This document shows positions 22,743-34,129 of a stretch of 64,000 nt of DNA, piece after piece. The translations under genes and the position numbers were made by a program. The stretch covers positions 128,001-192,000 of the forward strand of contig CAWCNS010000011.1 in NCBI GenBank assembly GCA_963796965.1, written 5' to 3'. Under the pieces are notes generated by a model. The model did not search any database and was not told where the DNA came from. It was given only the letters and a program-made list of their open reading frames with translations. This stretch comes from Calditrichia bacterium. GTDB lineage: Bacteria; Calditrichota; Calditrichia; JAJRVZ01. Position 1 is the stretch's first letter; each line of letters opens with the position of its first letter.

Positions 22743-23861
22743 TCACCCCATTAACCCTGCTGCCTCAAGGACTGCTTTTTGAACAGCCAGATCGTGCTGA
22801 TAGGAATAGTCAGGTTCCACTTGTCCCTTTACCATACGGGCAAATTGTAGAAGCTGGTCATCATACCGCTCTTTTTCCGGAGGCATCTCTACTACCTGAT
22901 ATCCTTCCACGAATTTATCGACAGGTTTCTCCAAAGCCAGACGAACAAAGGGTGGTTCAAGTGGCTTAATCTCGATCGTCCCTTTGGTGCCACAGACTAC
23001 AAATTGCCGTCGCTCCCACCCCTCCACTTCTACCAATGCACTTCGAATCGTGGCTGTAGCATTAGGGTATTCAAGAACAGCCAATTCATTATCACTCAGG
23101 TCATCCTGATGTTCTAACGTCCTTCGCCTGAAACCGGAAACCTTTTGCGGTTCGCCTAATATGGCAATAACCATATCAATCAAATGACAACCAAGGAGCA
23201 TCATCGAGCCCTGATAAATATCCACAAGTGGAACTCGTTTTTGAGCGGAGATTGATTTACTGATAACACCGTCAATTTCAAATATATCACCTAACCAGCC
23301 CTTACGAACAGCCTCAAGACAGAACTGGAAAGCAGGATTATACCGAAACATATACCCCATCTGTACTATAAGATTTTTGCTTTGAGCGAGAGACAAGATT
23401 TTATTAAAATGCTTAATATCTTTCCCTGCCGGTTTGTCCAAATGAATTGGCAATCCAGCATTTAGGCAAAATTCTGCATTTGACAGAAGATCAGGGAGAT
23501 CGGTTTCTACCAATATCACTTGCAGACCTTTCACCTTCAGCAATTCTTCTACCGAGAGTAAGCGTAAGCCCTGGTAGATGTGATCATCTTTTTTCAATTC
23601 CCAGAGGGATTCATTTGGTTCTGCTATCCCAACAACCTCAAAGATATCAGATAATCTCCTCAATGTTTCCATTTTACCATCAGCATGAGAATGCCCTGTT
23701 CCGATTTGACCCACTTTAATACCCGTCGTGTCTCCTTGCGGAAGAGATACGGCGGGCAAAAGTAACGAACTCACAAAAGAAGAACCTACCATTCGATTAA
23801 AATTTCTACGGGTTATCATGATTTTCCTCATTAAATAATTCATATTATTTTCTACATCCAC
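22743..23861 (-). CDS. Tat-exported Gfo/Idh/MocA oxidoreductase
   Basis: TRRNF Tat-like motif; QIGTGHSHA; HLDKP; GYMFRYNP. Confidence 0.88.
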   Translation of the reverse strand: MDVENNMNYLMRKIMITRRNFNRMVGSSFVSSLLLPAVSLPQGDTTGIKVGQIGTGHSHADGKMETLRRLSDIFEVVGIAEPNESLWELKKDDHIYQGLRLLSVEELLKVKGLQVILVETDLPDLLSNAEFCLNAGLPIHLDKPAGKDIKHFNKILSLAQSKNLIVQMGYMFRYNPAFQFCLEAVRKGWLGDIFEIDGVISKSISAQKRVPLVDIYQGSMMLLGCHLIDMVIAILGEPQKVSGFRRRTLEHQDDLSDNELAVLEYPNATATIRSALVEVEGWERRQFVVCGTKGTIEIKPLEPPFVRLALEKPVDKFVEGYQVVEMPPEKERYDDQLLQFARMVKGQVEPDYSYQHDLAVQKAVLEAAGLMG

Positions 23862-23907
23862 AATTCAAGTAAATAATAGAATATATAAGATCATGTGTAG
23901 TGAGTCA

Positions 23908-24260
23908 ATGAAATTGCGCCTGGTCGCTGTGGAATTGATAGTAATTATAATATCCTTGAAACATTTACATCTTCAGTGATGGAAACAAAATTGCATTCTA
24001 TTCCCTGAATGATTCCACATCAGCATTAGTAGTATGTAATTCAGATGGTTCAAACCATCAGGTTATACTAGGGTATACTAGGGATGGTACTCAACTGGTA
24101 CCCACGTTGGTCCCCCGATAGTCATTGGCTGATTTATTCGGTTCAGAATAATATCAGCAACCAAAAGGACATTGATATGTATGCAATCTCTCTCAAAAAA
24201 TCATCAAAACCGGTTAGGTTAGTTAATACAGATGCAAGGGATTCAGAAGGCAGCTGGTAA
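23908..24260 (+). pseudogene. TolB/PD40 beta-propeller gene remnant
   Basis: Manual translation: signal-like MKLRLVAVELIVIIISL, then SDGNKIAFYS..VCNSDGSN, then NWYPRWSPDSHWLIYS..DSEGSW-stop. A 10-bp tandem duplication tatactaggg (~24064-24083) breaks the frame. Confidence 0.7.
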
Positions 24261-24527
24261 TAATCTTACCCTCCCCTTTGAAGGACGTCTAAATTATCTA
24301 GGATATGAGGAGTTCTTTAAGAAAATAAATTTTGTTCTTTTCTGAGCAAATTCTTCCTAGTATATTGTATTAGTGCGCTCAAATTTCCAAATAAACATCA
24401 ATCACTTCTATGATGACACCTAGTAATTGGCCCGGGGGACAAATCGCTCTGCGTTTTACACTATGCTGTGTTATTTTTGCTTCTTTATGATTTTGCAAGT
24501 AACAGGGGTTTTCAATTCTAATATAAA

Positions 24528-26273
24528 TTGACAAGTGAGATTATCATGCTACCTTCTAATGTTTTAAGAAGTAAAATCGCGTCAATTGATCAAAAGGATT
24601 ATGGTGCCTATCAGGCTTTGCTAGGTGAATATGATTTTCATGATTATAAAATAATATTTGAGCAGATACCCAAAGATCCCTATGCCCCACCACATACCGG
24701 TATATATCGGATTATTTTTGGGCGCGATGATCAAAAAATAATTCCTGTGAGAATAAACACAAAAATTCAAGAAATCACGTCCCGTGATTTTCTGGCCCGC
24801 CGATTTTTTGAAGCGGCATCGAAAATTTCTAAAACAGGACGAGGTACAGGATACTCTGGTACAATTACAATTAACCAGCCCGGTCAGGCAATATTAGAGA
24901 GAAGTTGTGTTGTCATTGACACTAGTACCATAGAACTGAGATGTTTTATAGGTCTTCCTGCAGCTGGTCGAAAAATAAATGCAAACCTGGCAGCCGATAT
25001 GATTTTTAATGAACTTCCAGAGGTTGTGACTAATTCTGTGTTTAAAGATCATGTTGTTGAGGAAGAATTGTGCCAACATATTCACATAGCTGAAGAAGCT
25101 GAATATTTGAGAAACCAATTGGATACGAGAGGCCTCATCGCATTTATTTCAAATGGATCTTTACTGCCCAGGGAGAGTGGCTCCAGCGAAAAACCACTGG
25201 AGGATGCAAATGCTATTCAATTTAAAGCTCCGGAATCACTCAAGATCAAACTCGATCTTCCAAATGGAGGTTCAGTCTTTGGATTAGGAATTCCCATAGG
25301 TGTCACATTAATTGTTGGTGGCGGGTATCATGGAAAATCTACCCTCCTCAATGCAATTGAGCAGGGTATTTATAATCACATTCCCGGAGACGGGCGGGAA
25401 AAATGTGTATCTCATCCAGATTCGGTAAAGATCAGGGCTTATAGCGGGCGCTATATTGAACAAACAAATATCTCTTCCTTTGTCAATAATCTGCCTTTTG
25501 GAAAAGATACCACGAAGTTTTCAACAGAAAACGCCAGTGGCAGCACATCACAAGCAGCTGGAATTATTGAAGCCATTGAACTCGGTGCAAAAGTGCTTTT
25601 AATGGATGAGGATACTTGTGCAACAAATTTTATGATCCGGGATGAAAAAATGCAACAATTGGTCAGCAAAAGTGATGAACCGATCACCACATTTATTGAT
25701 CGTGTGAGACAATTATATCAAGAAATGGGTGTTTCCACTATATTAGTTCTGGGAGGTGCCGGTGACTATTTTGATGTAGCAGATCACGTTATCCAGATGA
25801 ACACCTATACGCCCCTCGATGTCACAGCTAATGCCAAAGCGATTGCTAAGCAAGTTACAACCAAAAGAGAATATGAGAACACTAGCGAAACTTTTCAAAT
25901 GAGTGCACGCATTCCCATAGCTGGCAGTATCGACCCCCTAAATCAATACGGTAAAAAAGGTATTTATAGTACGGATACTCACCAGTTAAATTTTGGCAAA
26001 TATAAAATCGATCTAACAGATCTGGAACAGTTAATTGAACTATCGCAGACCAAGGCCATCGGCTTCGCGCTTGAATATGCAAAGAAATATATGGACGAAA
26101 CAACAACATTAAATGAGATTGTTGAGAAAGTGATGAGAGATATCGAAGGGAAAGGTCTGGATATTATATCAAACAAGATTTCTCCCAATTTTGCCCTATT
26201 CAGAAAATATGAATTTGCTTTTATGCTGAATCGTCTGAGGAGTCTTAAAGTTCAACAAAGAGAGAAAGAATAA
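24528..26273 (+). CDS. ABC-class ATPase of the stand-alone PF09818 (ABC_ATPase, MRB1590-like) family
   Basis: Walker A GGGYHGKST, HIPGDGRE, NASGSTSQAA, Walker B LLMDEDT..NFMIRD. Confidence 0.88.
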   Translation: MTSEIIMLPSNVLRSKIASIDQKDYGAYQALLGEYDFHDYKIIFEQIPKDPYAPPHTGIYRIIFGRDDQKIIPVRINTKIQEITSRDFLARRFFEAASKISKTGRGTGYSGTITINQPGQAILERSCVVIDTSTIELRCFIGLPAAGRKINANLAADMIFNELPEVVTNSVFKDHVVEEELCQHIHIAEEAEYLRNQLDTRGLIAFISNGSLLPRESGSSEKPLEDANAIQFKAPESLKIKLDLPNGGSVFGLGIPIGVTLIVGGGYHGKSTLLNAIEQGIYNHIPGDGREKCVSHPDSVKIRAYSGRYIEQTNISSFVNNLPFGKDTTKFSTENASGSTSQAAGIIEAIELGAKVLLMDEDTCATNFMIRDEKMQQLVSKSDEPITTFIDRVRQLYQEMGVSTILVLGGAGDYFDVADHVIQMNTYTPLDVTANAKAIAKQVTTKREYENTSETFQMSARIPIAGSIDPLNQYGKKGIYSTDTHQLNFGKYKIDLTDLEQLIELSQTKAIGFALEYAKKYMDETTTLNEIVEKVMRDIEGKGLDIISNKISPNFALFRKYEFAFMLNRLRSLKVQQREKE

Positions 26274-26330
26274 ATTTCAGGAAATTTGTTAGGTGCTGAC
26301 TCTTAGTATAAACTAATGCGTTGTGCAAAA

Positions 26331-26362
26331 TAGAAACGGCGCGATTAATCACGCCGTTTCTA
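26331..26362. repeat. REP-like hairpin / possible bidirectional terminator
   Basis: tagaaacggcgcgattaatcacgccgtttcta between convergent genes; same CGATTAATC core as 45441-45478. Confidence 0.6.
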
Positions 26363-26427
26363 AAGTTTAGTATCCAAAAACCAGATATCCGAAATCCAGA
26401 TATATACCTTTAATTTTTATTTTTAGA

Positions 26428-26850
26428 TCAACCGGCTTTCTTTTCTGCTTTCAATGGTTTATAAATAACCGCCACGATAGCACCATAAATAACCAGACTT
26501 ATGAGTTCAAAAATGAGCCATTTCATTATCAGACCATAGGTTAAGGGATAAACCATGTACTGTCCATAGACACTTGGAATAGTAAAAAAAGCCCAGATGA
26601 CAACACCATAGCGAAGCCCCTCCATGATCCCCTTATTCTCATAGCCCTTGGCAAAAACAAAAACAAAGAAAAAGCAAAAAAATGCACCCGTGATCCACTG
26701 AATCCACATCAGGCGATCCATGTCTGGACGCCAGACATCGGATAAAGCCTGGTAGGTTTCCATGAGAATTATCCCATGAATAACAAAGCTTAGAAGACCA
26801 CCGACGACATAAATAACGATAAAAGCAATCAACAACTTCTTCCAGTTCAT
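26428..26850 (-). CDS. Four-TM membrane protein (DUF1761-like)
   Basis: GGAGGG RBS before MNWKKLL; EGLRYG motif; four hydrophobic segments. Confidence 0.65.
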   Translation of the reverse strand: MNWKKLLIAFIVIYVVGGLLSFVIHGIILMETYQALSDVWRPDMDRLMWIQWITGAFFCFFFVFVFAKGYENKGIMEGLRYGVVIWAFFTIPSVYGQYMVYPLTYGLIMKWLIFELISLVIYGAIVAVIYKPLKAEKKAG

Positions 26851-26907
26851 ACACCCTCCCATAGGTTTTGTGAAATGAGTCAGTTACTCTGCATGATGAA
26901 ATTAATT

Positions 26908-28197
26908 TCACCCACTACCAAAATGTGACGGAAAAACCCGCTTTCTTGTCTTCTTTGACTGATAGGTCCTGGCCAAATCTATAAAAATTTCCACATCACG
27001 ATCATCGTCAGATTCCGTTTCATCAAAGTAAAAAATCCTGATAGGCATATTTTCATGGTCTTTACTCACAGCAGGATAGATGGCCTCACTGACGATGCCA
27101 TTCATGCAGGAAAAAGGGCTAATATCGACAATACCATCAACACCTTTACTGTGCATATAGATCGAACCGCCGATATTAAGGACCATTTCTCCAACGACTC
27201 CTTGATAGGGTAGATAAGGTTCTGCCAGATTCAATAACAATTTTATTTCCTCTGGCTCTTCATAACCCATAAAACGATCCCGACAGGGTGCATGCAATTT
27301 GTGTTCATCATTAAGTTGGAATTTATTACGGATCACGGTTCCCAGCATCTCAAGCGATACATTTTTCCCTAATACCTTTAGTTCATGCTGCTGATAAAAA
27401 TTTGAATACCAGACCCATTCTGCTACAGAAGACAACCAGGCCTCCCCACCAAACTTTTCAATTCGCCGGATTAATTCTGCATTGGCTACCCCATCAAAAC
27501 GGCAATAGATCTCGCCCACTACTCCGATCAGGGGTTTTGTTTGACAATAGTTGACATCAATTCCCAAAAAATCATCTCTAATCTTAACAATTGATTCTAC
27601 CAGTTGGGCAAACTTTTCTTTGAGACTCTGGTTCTGTTTTTCCATGACAGAACAAATCTGTTCTACAGCTCGTTTGTGGATCTGATCTGTATCACCCGTA
27701 TGCATCTCATAGGGACGGGTCTGTAAGAGTAATTTGCGCACGATATCTCCACACACCACTGCCCACCAAAGTAATCTATATAAATTATCCGCATCAAAGC
27801 CAATGTCATCATAACCCTGGCTGCTGGAGGGAGAAACAACCATCACCTCCTCCAGACCTTTATCCACCAAAACCTTTTCAATCAAAGGCATATATTGCCC
27901 AAAACGACAAGGTCCGTCCGTTGTCGGCATCATTAAAGCCGTCCGGGTCGGATTAAACTCATCATTCTCGAATACCTTAAGGAAACTACCCAGAGTAATA
28001 ATCTGCGGATAGCATTCTTCGCCTATGGTATATTGACGTGCTAAATCATTGCTATAAGAATCCGATTCCGGCACCAACTCAGCATCAATACCCAAAGCGC
28101 GATAAGCGGCGGCAAAAAAACTTGCCCCGTCAATACTTAGGCGTGGAACCCATAACTTTCTTCCTACGAGCGTCTTTTTGTTTGTGTAGTTTTTCAT
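26908..28197 (-). CDS. 2-hydroxyacyl-CoA dehydratase-like/reductase subunit (PlsR-like)
   Basis: GEECYP, GPCRFGQY, IGVVGEIYCR, SPFSCM Cys motifs. Confidence 0.8.
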   Translation of the reverse strand: MKNYTNKKTLVGRKLWVPRLSIDGASFFAAAYRALGIDAELVPESDSYSNDLARQYTIGEECYPQIITLGSFLKVFENDEFNPTRTALMMPTTDGPCRFGQYMPLIEKVLVDKGLEEVMVVSPSSSQGYDDIGFDADNLYRLLWWAVVCGDIVRKLLLQTRPYEMHTGDTDQIHKRAVEQICSVMEKQNQSLKEKFAQLVESIVKIRDDFLGIDVNYCQTKPLIGVVGEIYCRFDGVANAELIRRIEKFGGEAWLSSVAEWVWYSNFYQQHELKVLGKNVSLEMLGTVIRNKFQLNDEHKLHAPCRDRFMGYEEPEEIKLLLNLAEPYLPYQGVVGEMVLNIGGSIYMHSKGVDGIVDISPFSCMNGIVSEAIYPAVSKDHENMPIRIFYFDETESDDDRDVEIFIDLARTYQSKKTRKRVFPSHFGSG

Positions 28198-28640
28198 GTC
28201 AAATGTCAAATGTGAAACGTCAAAAGTGAAATGTGAAATGTTAGAAGCCAGACGGCTTACAATTGAAAAATGAAGATTGAAAATTGGATTCGTGACTGGG
28301 TACTGGGTACTCGATTCTCGGTGTTTGATAATGGACTTGCTAATTGGATATTCTCTGATGGATATTGGATATTTATCTATACGTCATACTCAATATCCAA
28401 TAGTCAACGGCGAATTATCAACCGCAAAAGTACTTTTAAATTCAAGCTACTGATCAAGCACTTCTAAACTGCCAGTACATCGGGAACAACCCTCTTATCG
28501 CATATCTGACCCCCACAAAATTTCATATGACAAAATCCCAATGTCAAACCAAATCCAAAATCCAAAATTATTTATTGTATCCCAATCGTGTATCGTAGAT
28601 ATGGAGCCAAGCACTGAGATCACAAGATCCGAGTAGCGAG
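28195..28640. repeat. Mosaic of 7-nt-period short tandem repeats inside the activase operon
   Basis: atgtcaa/atgtgaa runs, tactggg repeats, ggatatt, caaaatc etc.; no credible ORF. Confidence 0.7.
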
Positions 28641-28641
28641 G

Positions 28642-31600
28642 TCAGAGCGCGCCTTTACTGTCCAGATAGGCCTCACAGCGGGTTATATATCCGGCATCAT
28701 TGCTATGCCCGTCAAATTGTAGTGTCAGAAAAGGTTTCCCAGATGCCTGGGTAATAAAATGTTTAATATAAGAATCCGGCCCGCATTTAAAATTGGTCAG
28801 ATAGATCAAATGTAGATTATCCCGGTTTTCAATAAACCTGGCCGCCGCAATAATTTTTCTACCATAATTCCAATACATATTTTGGTTTACATCCGACACA
28901 TCAATCGTATCTAATGGTAAGAAATCCATAGGTATGACATTGACACCATAATAATCCCGTAATTTATTACCGATATCCAAAGTCATTCCCCTATCATAAA
29001 TATTATAGGTCCTTCCGACTAGAATTATTCCTATTCTATCGCTTAAATCCAGATCCTGCAATGCCCGGGATCCAGCTGCTAATAGATTATTATTCACCTT
29101 TTCCTGTTCATTATACGACTCTTCCAAAGCTTGCACAATACCTTTTTTTGTCTCACCAAGTTTATTTAAAGATTCATATAATGATGATGCAACCGACTTA
29201 ATTCCATCTCTGAATCGGAGCGATGGATGCAAAATTTTTTCACTTATGGATGACAGTGCCGAAGCATTTTTCACCACAAAGGGTAAGGTCTGTCCCCAGG
29301 GACAATAATAACTGTTAACTTCCATGTAATTTGTTGCTGCATTTATCATATTTGGGATAAAAATCCAATCCACATTCTTTTCTGCCAGTTGCTGGACATG
29401 ACCATGGTAAACCTGGATAGGCAAACAAGGTTCGGCAACCGCATTTTCACTGCCTTCTCGAACCATCCTGCCATTACTTTCATCAGAGAGAATTAACCGA
29501 TAACCCAATTGTTGTAAAAAAACTTCGCCATAAAGGCAGATGCTCATAAATATACATTCCCCTGGGCAGACCAATTCTCGCCTTCGCCTCTGGATTTTCT
29601 TCATGATCTTATAAAAAACAAATTTCGCTTAAAATTTAACAGATCTTCAATAACAGGCTTTTTATCAACCAATTGTCGCCGCCGGAATTTATCCGAACAC
29701 TGGTCTCCCCAATACGTTTTTTCTTCCTCAACAGTAAATTCCTGCATATGACAAAAATTTGAACAGGCTTTACAGGTAAATTCGCGCAAGGTATAATCAA
29801 TATTGTCAATATTAAAACCTCTGAACTTTGTAGTTTTAGTTGTGTCTCCAACATTTTTTCGCGGGCAAGAAGGGCTGCCCCGACAGCCCCGACCACACCA
29901 TTATAGGGGGGAACAATGATCTCTTTTCCAAGGACCATAGAAAAAGCACTGGCAATAGCATCATTATAGGCTGTCCCTCCCTGAAAAAAAATAACATCCC
30001 CAATTTTTCGACGACCCACAACCCGATTGAGGTAATTATATACAATTGAATAGGCCAGGCCTGCTGTAATGTCCTCTTTTTTTGCTCCCCTTTGTTGTTG
30101 GGTGGAGACATCCTGCTGCATGAAAACTGTGCACCGCTCCCCTAATTTCAATGGTGAATCAGACGATAAAGCAAGATCTGCAAATTCACCTTTTATTGAG
30201 ATGTCCAGCTCTTCAGCCCGCTCTTCCAAAAATGAACCGGTACCTGCTGCGCAGGCCTCATTCATTGCAAAATCAACCACCACGCCGTTTTCAATACTAA
30301 TATATTTGGAGTCCTGCCCTCCAATCTCAAAAATCGTATCCGGTTGTGTATTTAATAACGTTTTAGCAATAAATTCGGCACCGGTTTTATGCGCGGTTAT
30401 TTCATCCTTTATGGTATCAGATCCAATTAATTCCCCGATTAGCTCGCGCCCCGAACCCGTCGTCCCAACACCCTGAATCTTAACAGTTGTGCCCAATTCT
30501 TTGCTAATTTCATGGAGACATCTGTCAACGACTTCTATTGGACGCCCTTCTGTTCGTGTGTATATTTCTTTAACCATTTGACCATTTTCATCTAAGAGCA
30601 CCACATTGGTACTCACCGATCCTACATCAACCCCAAGAAAACAAGACCTTAGCTTTGTTGTGGTTATGTCATTATCTATTTTCCCAGTCACGAAACAGAA
30701 CAACCTTATCCATTGACAATGGCTTGGATGAGGTAGAGTGACTGGATTGCTCTGATGATGACCGGAGACGATTCAGATCAGGGATACCTGCATTCTGTTT
30801 AACTTCCATTTCAGCCACCGCCGCACCAATTGCAGGTAGCCAGGCATAATGTGGCGGCACATGCAACCCGTCTTCGCCTAGATTAAATACATCCCGAATG
30901 GCCTCACTGACCCCCTATTTTTAGCCACACCCCCAACAAAAAGAACCGGTGTTTTAATTCTTTTACTTTTAATGATACTGCTTTTAAAATTCCTGGCAAC
31001 AGCTTCACATAATCCTTTTAAGATCTCTTCCGGTTTATAGCCTTTTTGTTGAGCATGAATCATATCCGATTTGGCAAATACAGAACACCGGCCTGCGATT
31101 TTCGCACTCTTTTCAGCTCTTGTAACAATCTCCCCAATCTCATCAACCTTATATTTTAACCGCACCGCTTGTTGATCTAAAAATGAACCAGTTCCTGCCG
31201 CGCAATCCCCACTTTTTTCATAATCGACAATACCTGGATGGCCCCCCTCCTCACCGGAGCCTACCGAGATGTATTTAGATGATTGTCCGCCCATCTCAAA
31301 TACAGTCGGAAATCCGGGATACAAGGCTGAAGCACCACGAGCCAATGCTCTAAATTCATTGTCCACATTGATATGTAATAATTGGCTAACCAGAGTTGCA
31401 CCAGACCCACATACGCGCATTCCGGCAATTTGATCATTGGGAATAAGATTTAAAATTGAATCTAAAAGTTGATGGGTTTTTTGAATCGGATCACCCTTAA
31501 TATACATATAACGGCTAAGTAAAAAAGGCAGATGTCTTCCATTTATCTCGATCTCCTTCACTTCACTTTCGAGAAAAAAATCTCCTGATGTGGATGCGGT

Positions 31601-31687
31601 AGACAACACATCCCTTGAGGAGATATCTCCCAGCAGGGCGATATTGATGCTGACAGATCCGATATCGAGACCCAGATAAATGCTCAT
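28642..31687 (-). CDS. Acyl-CoA dehydratase activase with two BadF/BadG/BcrA/BcrD ATPase domains plus DUF2229 (PlsA/Ger-like); several frameshifts
   Basis: GLDIGSVS..EMGGQSSK..CAAGTGSFL..CSVFAKSD; second copy GVDVGSVS..EIGGQDSK..CAAGTGSFL..CTVF; CKACSNFC; EPCLP..YCP; NFKCGPDS; ITRCEAY. Confidence 0.85.
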
Positions 31688-32130
31688 ATTGGCTTCTATT
31701 TAAATTGGTGAATAAGTAAGTGGATGACAGGTATCATTTAAAACGTGAAAGTCGGAATCAATTAATCCTGCCAAAAATAATAAAAATAAAATGATAATAA
31801 AACAGAAAAAAAATAATGATTTTTACAAATTGAATATACGGTAGTGAAATCATTGGTATCAAGGCCTGTTACAGGCGACATAGATAAACTTTGGCAGTTA
31901 AATATTTTTAGGGTAAATTGAGGTGATACTCAAATGATCAAAATAGTTATACAGAAAACAGGATACCCCTATTATTAAAAAAATCTCAAAAGGATGAGGA
32001 GTAATCTCTGCGGGGATCTGCGAACGCTACATTTCTGCAATGAATAAAAAGACAAATTAAAGATATTTTATACATCTAGTTATATTTGAATAGTTTCTCT
32101 TAAACGCGTGACAATTATCAGGAGTGTGAT

Positions 32131-33126
32131 ATGAAATTTTGGGCGATTATGCTTTTATCCATTCTATTTTTATCTCTATTTAATGCTTGCAACCAGAATT
32201 CTGAGAATAATATCGTCATTTCTGTCATTCCTAAAGGTTCAACCCACATCTTCTGGCAATCAATACATGCCGGTGCCTTAAAAGCTGGCAATGAGCTAGG
32301 TGTAGAGATTAGCTGGGTTGGCCCGGAGAAAGAAGATGATCGACAACAGCAAATAGCTCTAATCGATAACCAGGTTATGAAACAGGTATCTGGCATTGTG
32401 CTGGCACCTATTGACAACATGGCGCTGCGGCGCCCCGTTCGCTCAGCAGTTGATCGCGGCGTTCCTGTTGTCATCATCGATTCAGATCTAAGAGATTCTG
32501 AGGATGTTTACACCAGTTATATTGCGACGGACAACAGAGAGGGCGGGCGAATTGCCGGACGCGAATTATCTAAATTGCTAGGGGGAAAAGGGAAAGTTAT
32601 CGTATTACGTGAATCGGAAGGTGCCGGTAGTACTCAGGCCCGTGCGAATGGATTTGTTGAAGCGGTCACAGAGAATTCAGACATTGAAGTGGTTATGAAT
32701 GATCAGTATGTGGGGGTGACAAAAACCCTTGCCCAACAATCTTCAGAAAATATATTACTACGCTTTACCGATGCCTCTGGAGAGTTAACCATAGACGGTG
32801 TATTTTGCCCAAATGAGGCGACCACCTATGGCATGTTACAGGCTTTAAGAAGGAAACGGATGACAAAGAAAATTCAATTCATTGGATTCGATAGTTCCGG
32901 ACCGATTATTGAAGGTTTACAAAATGATGAGATTCAGGGGCTGGTTGTTCAGAATCCATTTAAGATGGGGTATTTTGGGGTAAAAACAATCGTTGAAAGT
33001 CTTAAAGGTAAAAAAGTGAATAAAAAGATGGATACCGGTGTCCTTCTGGTAAACAATAAAAACCTAAATCAACCGGAAATTCAAGATTTATTAAACCCGG
33101 ATTTAAAAAAGTGGTTGGGAGAATGA
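32131..33126 (+). CDS. Sugar ABC-transporter substrate-binding lipoprotein (RbsB-like), orphan
   Basis: Lipobox FNAC; VIPKGSTHIFW; ATDNREGG; GFD; VQNPFKMGY. Confidence 0.88.
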   Translation: MKFWAIMLLSILFLSLFNACNQNSENNIVISVIPKGSTHIFWQSIHAGALKAGNELGVEISWVGPEKEDDRQQQIALIDNQVMKQVSGIVLAPIDNMALRRPVRSAVDRGVPVVIIDSDLRDSEDVYTSYIATDNREGGRIAGRELSKLLGGKGKVIVLRESEGAGSTQARANGFVEAVTENSDIEVVMNDQYVGVTKTLAQQSSENILLRFTDASGELTIDGVFCPNEATTYGMLQALRRKRMTKKIQFIGFDSSGPIIEGLQNDEIQGLVVQNPFKMGYFGVKTIVESLKGKKVNKKMDTGVLLVNNKNLNQPEIQDLLNPDLKKWLGE

Positions 33127-33128
33127 TA

Positions 33129-33350
33129 ATAGAACGCTGATCTCCGCGGATAAATATTTTATATTTCTGGGTATTATACCACTGATAACATCATACTGAA
33201 CTTGGTTGAGCATCTTACTTCAGGCAGCTCGAGATCCGAAAACAAGTTCAATATGACTATGTTGGTTTATTATTTTTTAGAATGGATTTGTGGATAAAAA
33301 TTATAAAAGATCTGCGGAGTTCAGCGTTATCCGCGTCATCCGTGTTCTAT
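33129..33350. repeat. Nested intergenic inverted-repeat element
   Basis: Outer arms atagaacgctgat.. and ..atccgcgtcatccgtgttctat; inner arms tcatactgaacttg (33191) and caagttcaatatga (33243). Confidence 0.65.
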
Positions 33351-33516
33351 TTAAACACCTTAGTCATAGTATACATTTTACAATAAATTGAATATTCTTT
33401 AAATTAATCTGTATATATCTCTAAATTACTTGATTAGAAATTTTCTATATTTGTGATGCGTTGCTTAAATCAAATAATCCTGTGATAGTTATTATAAATT
33501 GGAGGGGAAATCAATT

Positions 33517-34128
33517 ATGAAAAAAGGTTGTCTTATTGCACTCGTTGTTGGCGTTGTTCTTATCATCATCGTCGGAATTAGTTTATACTCTTATGTTAAG
33601 GGTACCTACAATGGTATGGTTACAATGGAAGAGAATGTTACCCAAAAATGGGCTCAGGTTGAGAATGTTTACCAACGCAGGGCTGATCTTATTCCTAATC
33701 TAGTAGAAGTGGTAAAAGGCTATGCCAGCCATGAAAGAGAGACGCTCGAAGCCGTGGTACAGGCCCGTTCAAAAGTAGGTGGGCAAGTAAATATCGGCCC
33801 GGAAGTGTTAAATAATCCGGAAGCATTTGCTCAGTTTCAACAAAGCCAGGGTGCTTTGACTTCTGCCCTGCAACGATTAATGGTTGTAGTGGAGAGATAT
33901 CCCGAGCTAAAAGCAGATCAACGATTTGCTGATTTACAGGTTCAGTTGGAAGGTACAGAGAATCGTATTGCCGTAGAACGGGGCCGGTTTAACGAAGCGG
34001 TGCAGGCCTTTAATACCAATATTAGGGTTTTTCCTGCCAATATTGTTGCCGGATTCTTTGGCTTCCAGCAGAAGGTTTATTTTAAATCCGATGCCGGTGC
34101 GGAAAAAGTGCCGGAAGTTAAGTTTTAG
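33517..34128 (+). CDS. lemA: LemA family protein
   Basis: WAQVENVYQRRADLIPNLV; YPELKA; LEGTENRIAVER; FPANIVA. Confidence 0.95.
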   Translation: MKKGCLIALVVGVVLIIIVGISLYSYVKGTYNGMVTMEENVTQKWAQVENVYQRRADLIPNLVEVVKGYASHERETLEAVVQARSKVGGQVNIGPEVLNNPEAFAQFQQSQGALTSALQRLMVVVERYPELKADQRFADLQVQLEGTENRIAVERGRFNEAVQAFNTNIRVFPANIVAGFFGFQQKVYFKSDAGAEKVPEVKF

Positions 34129-34129
34129 T

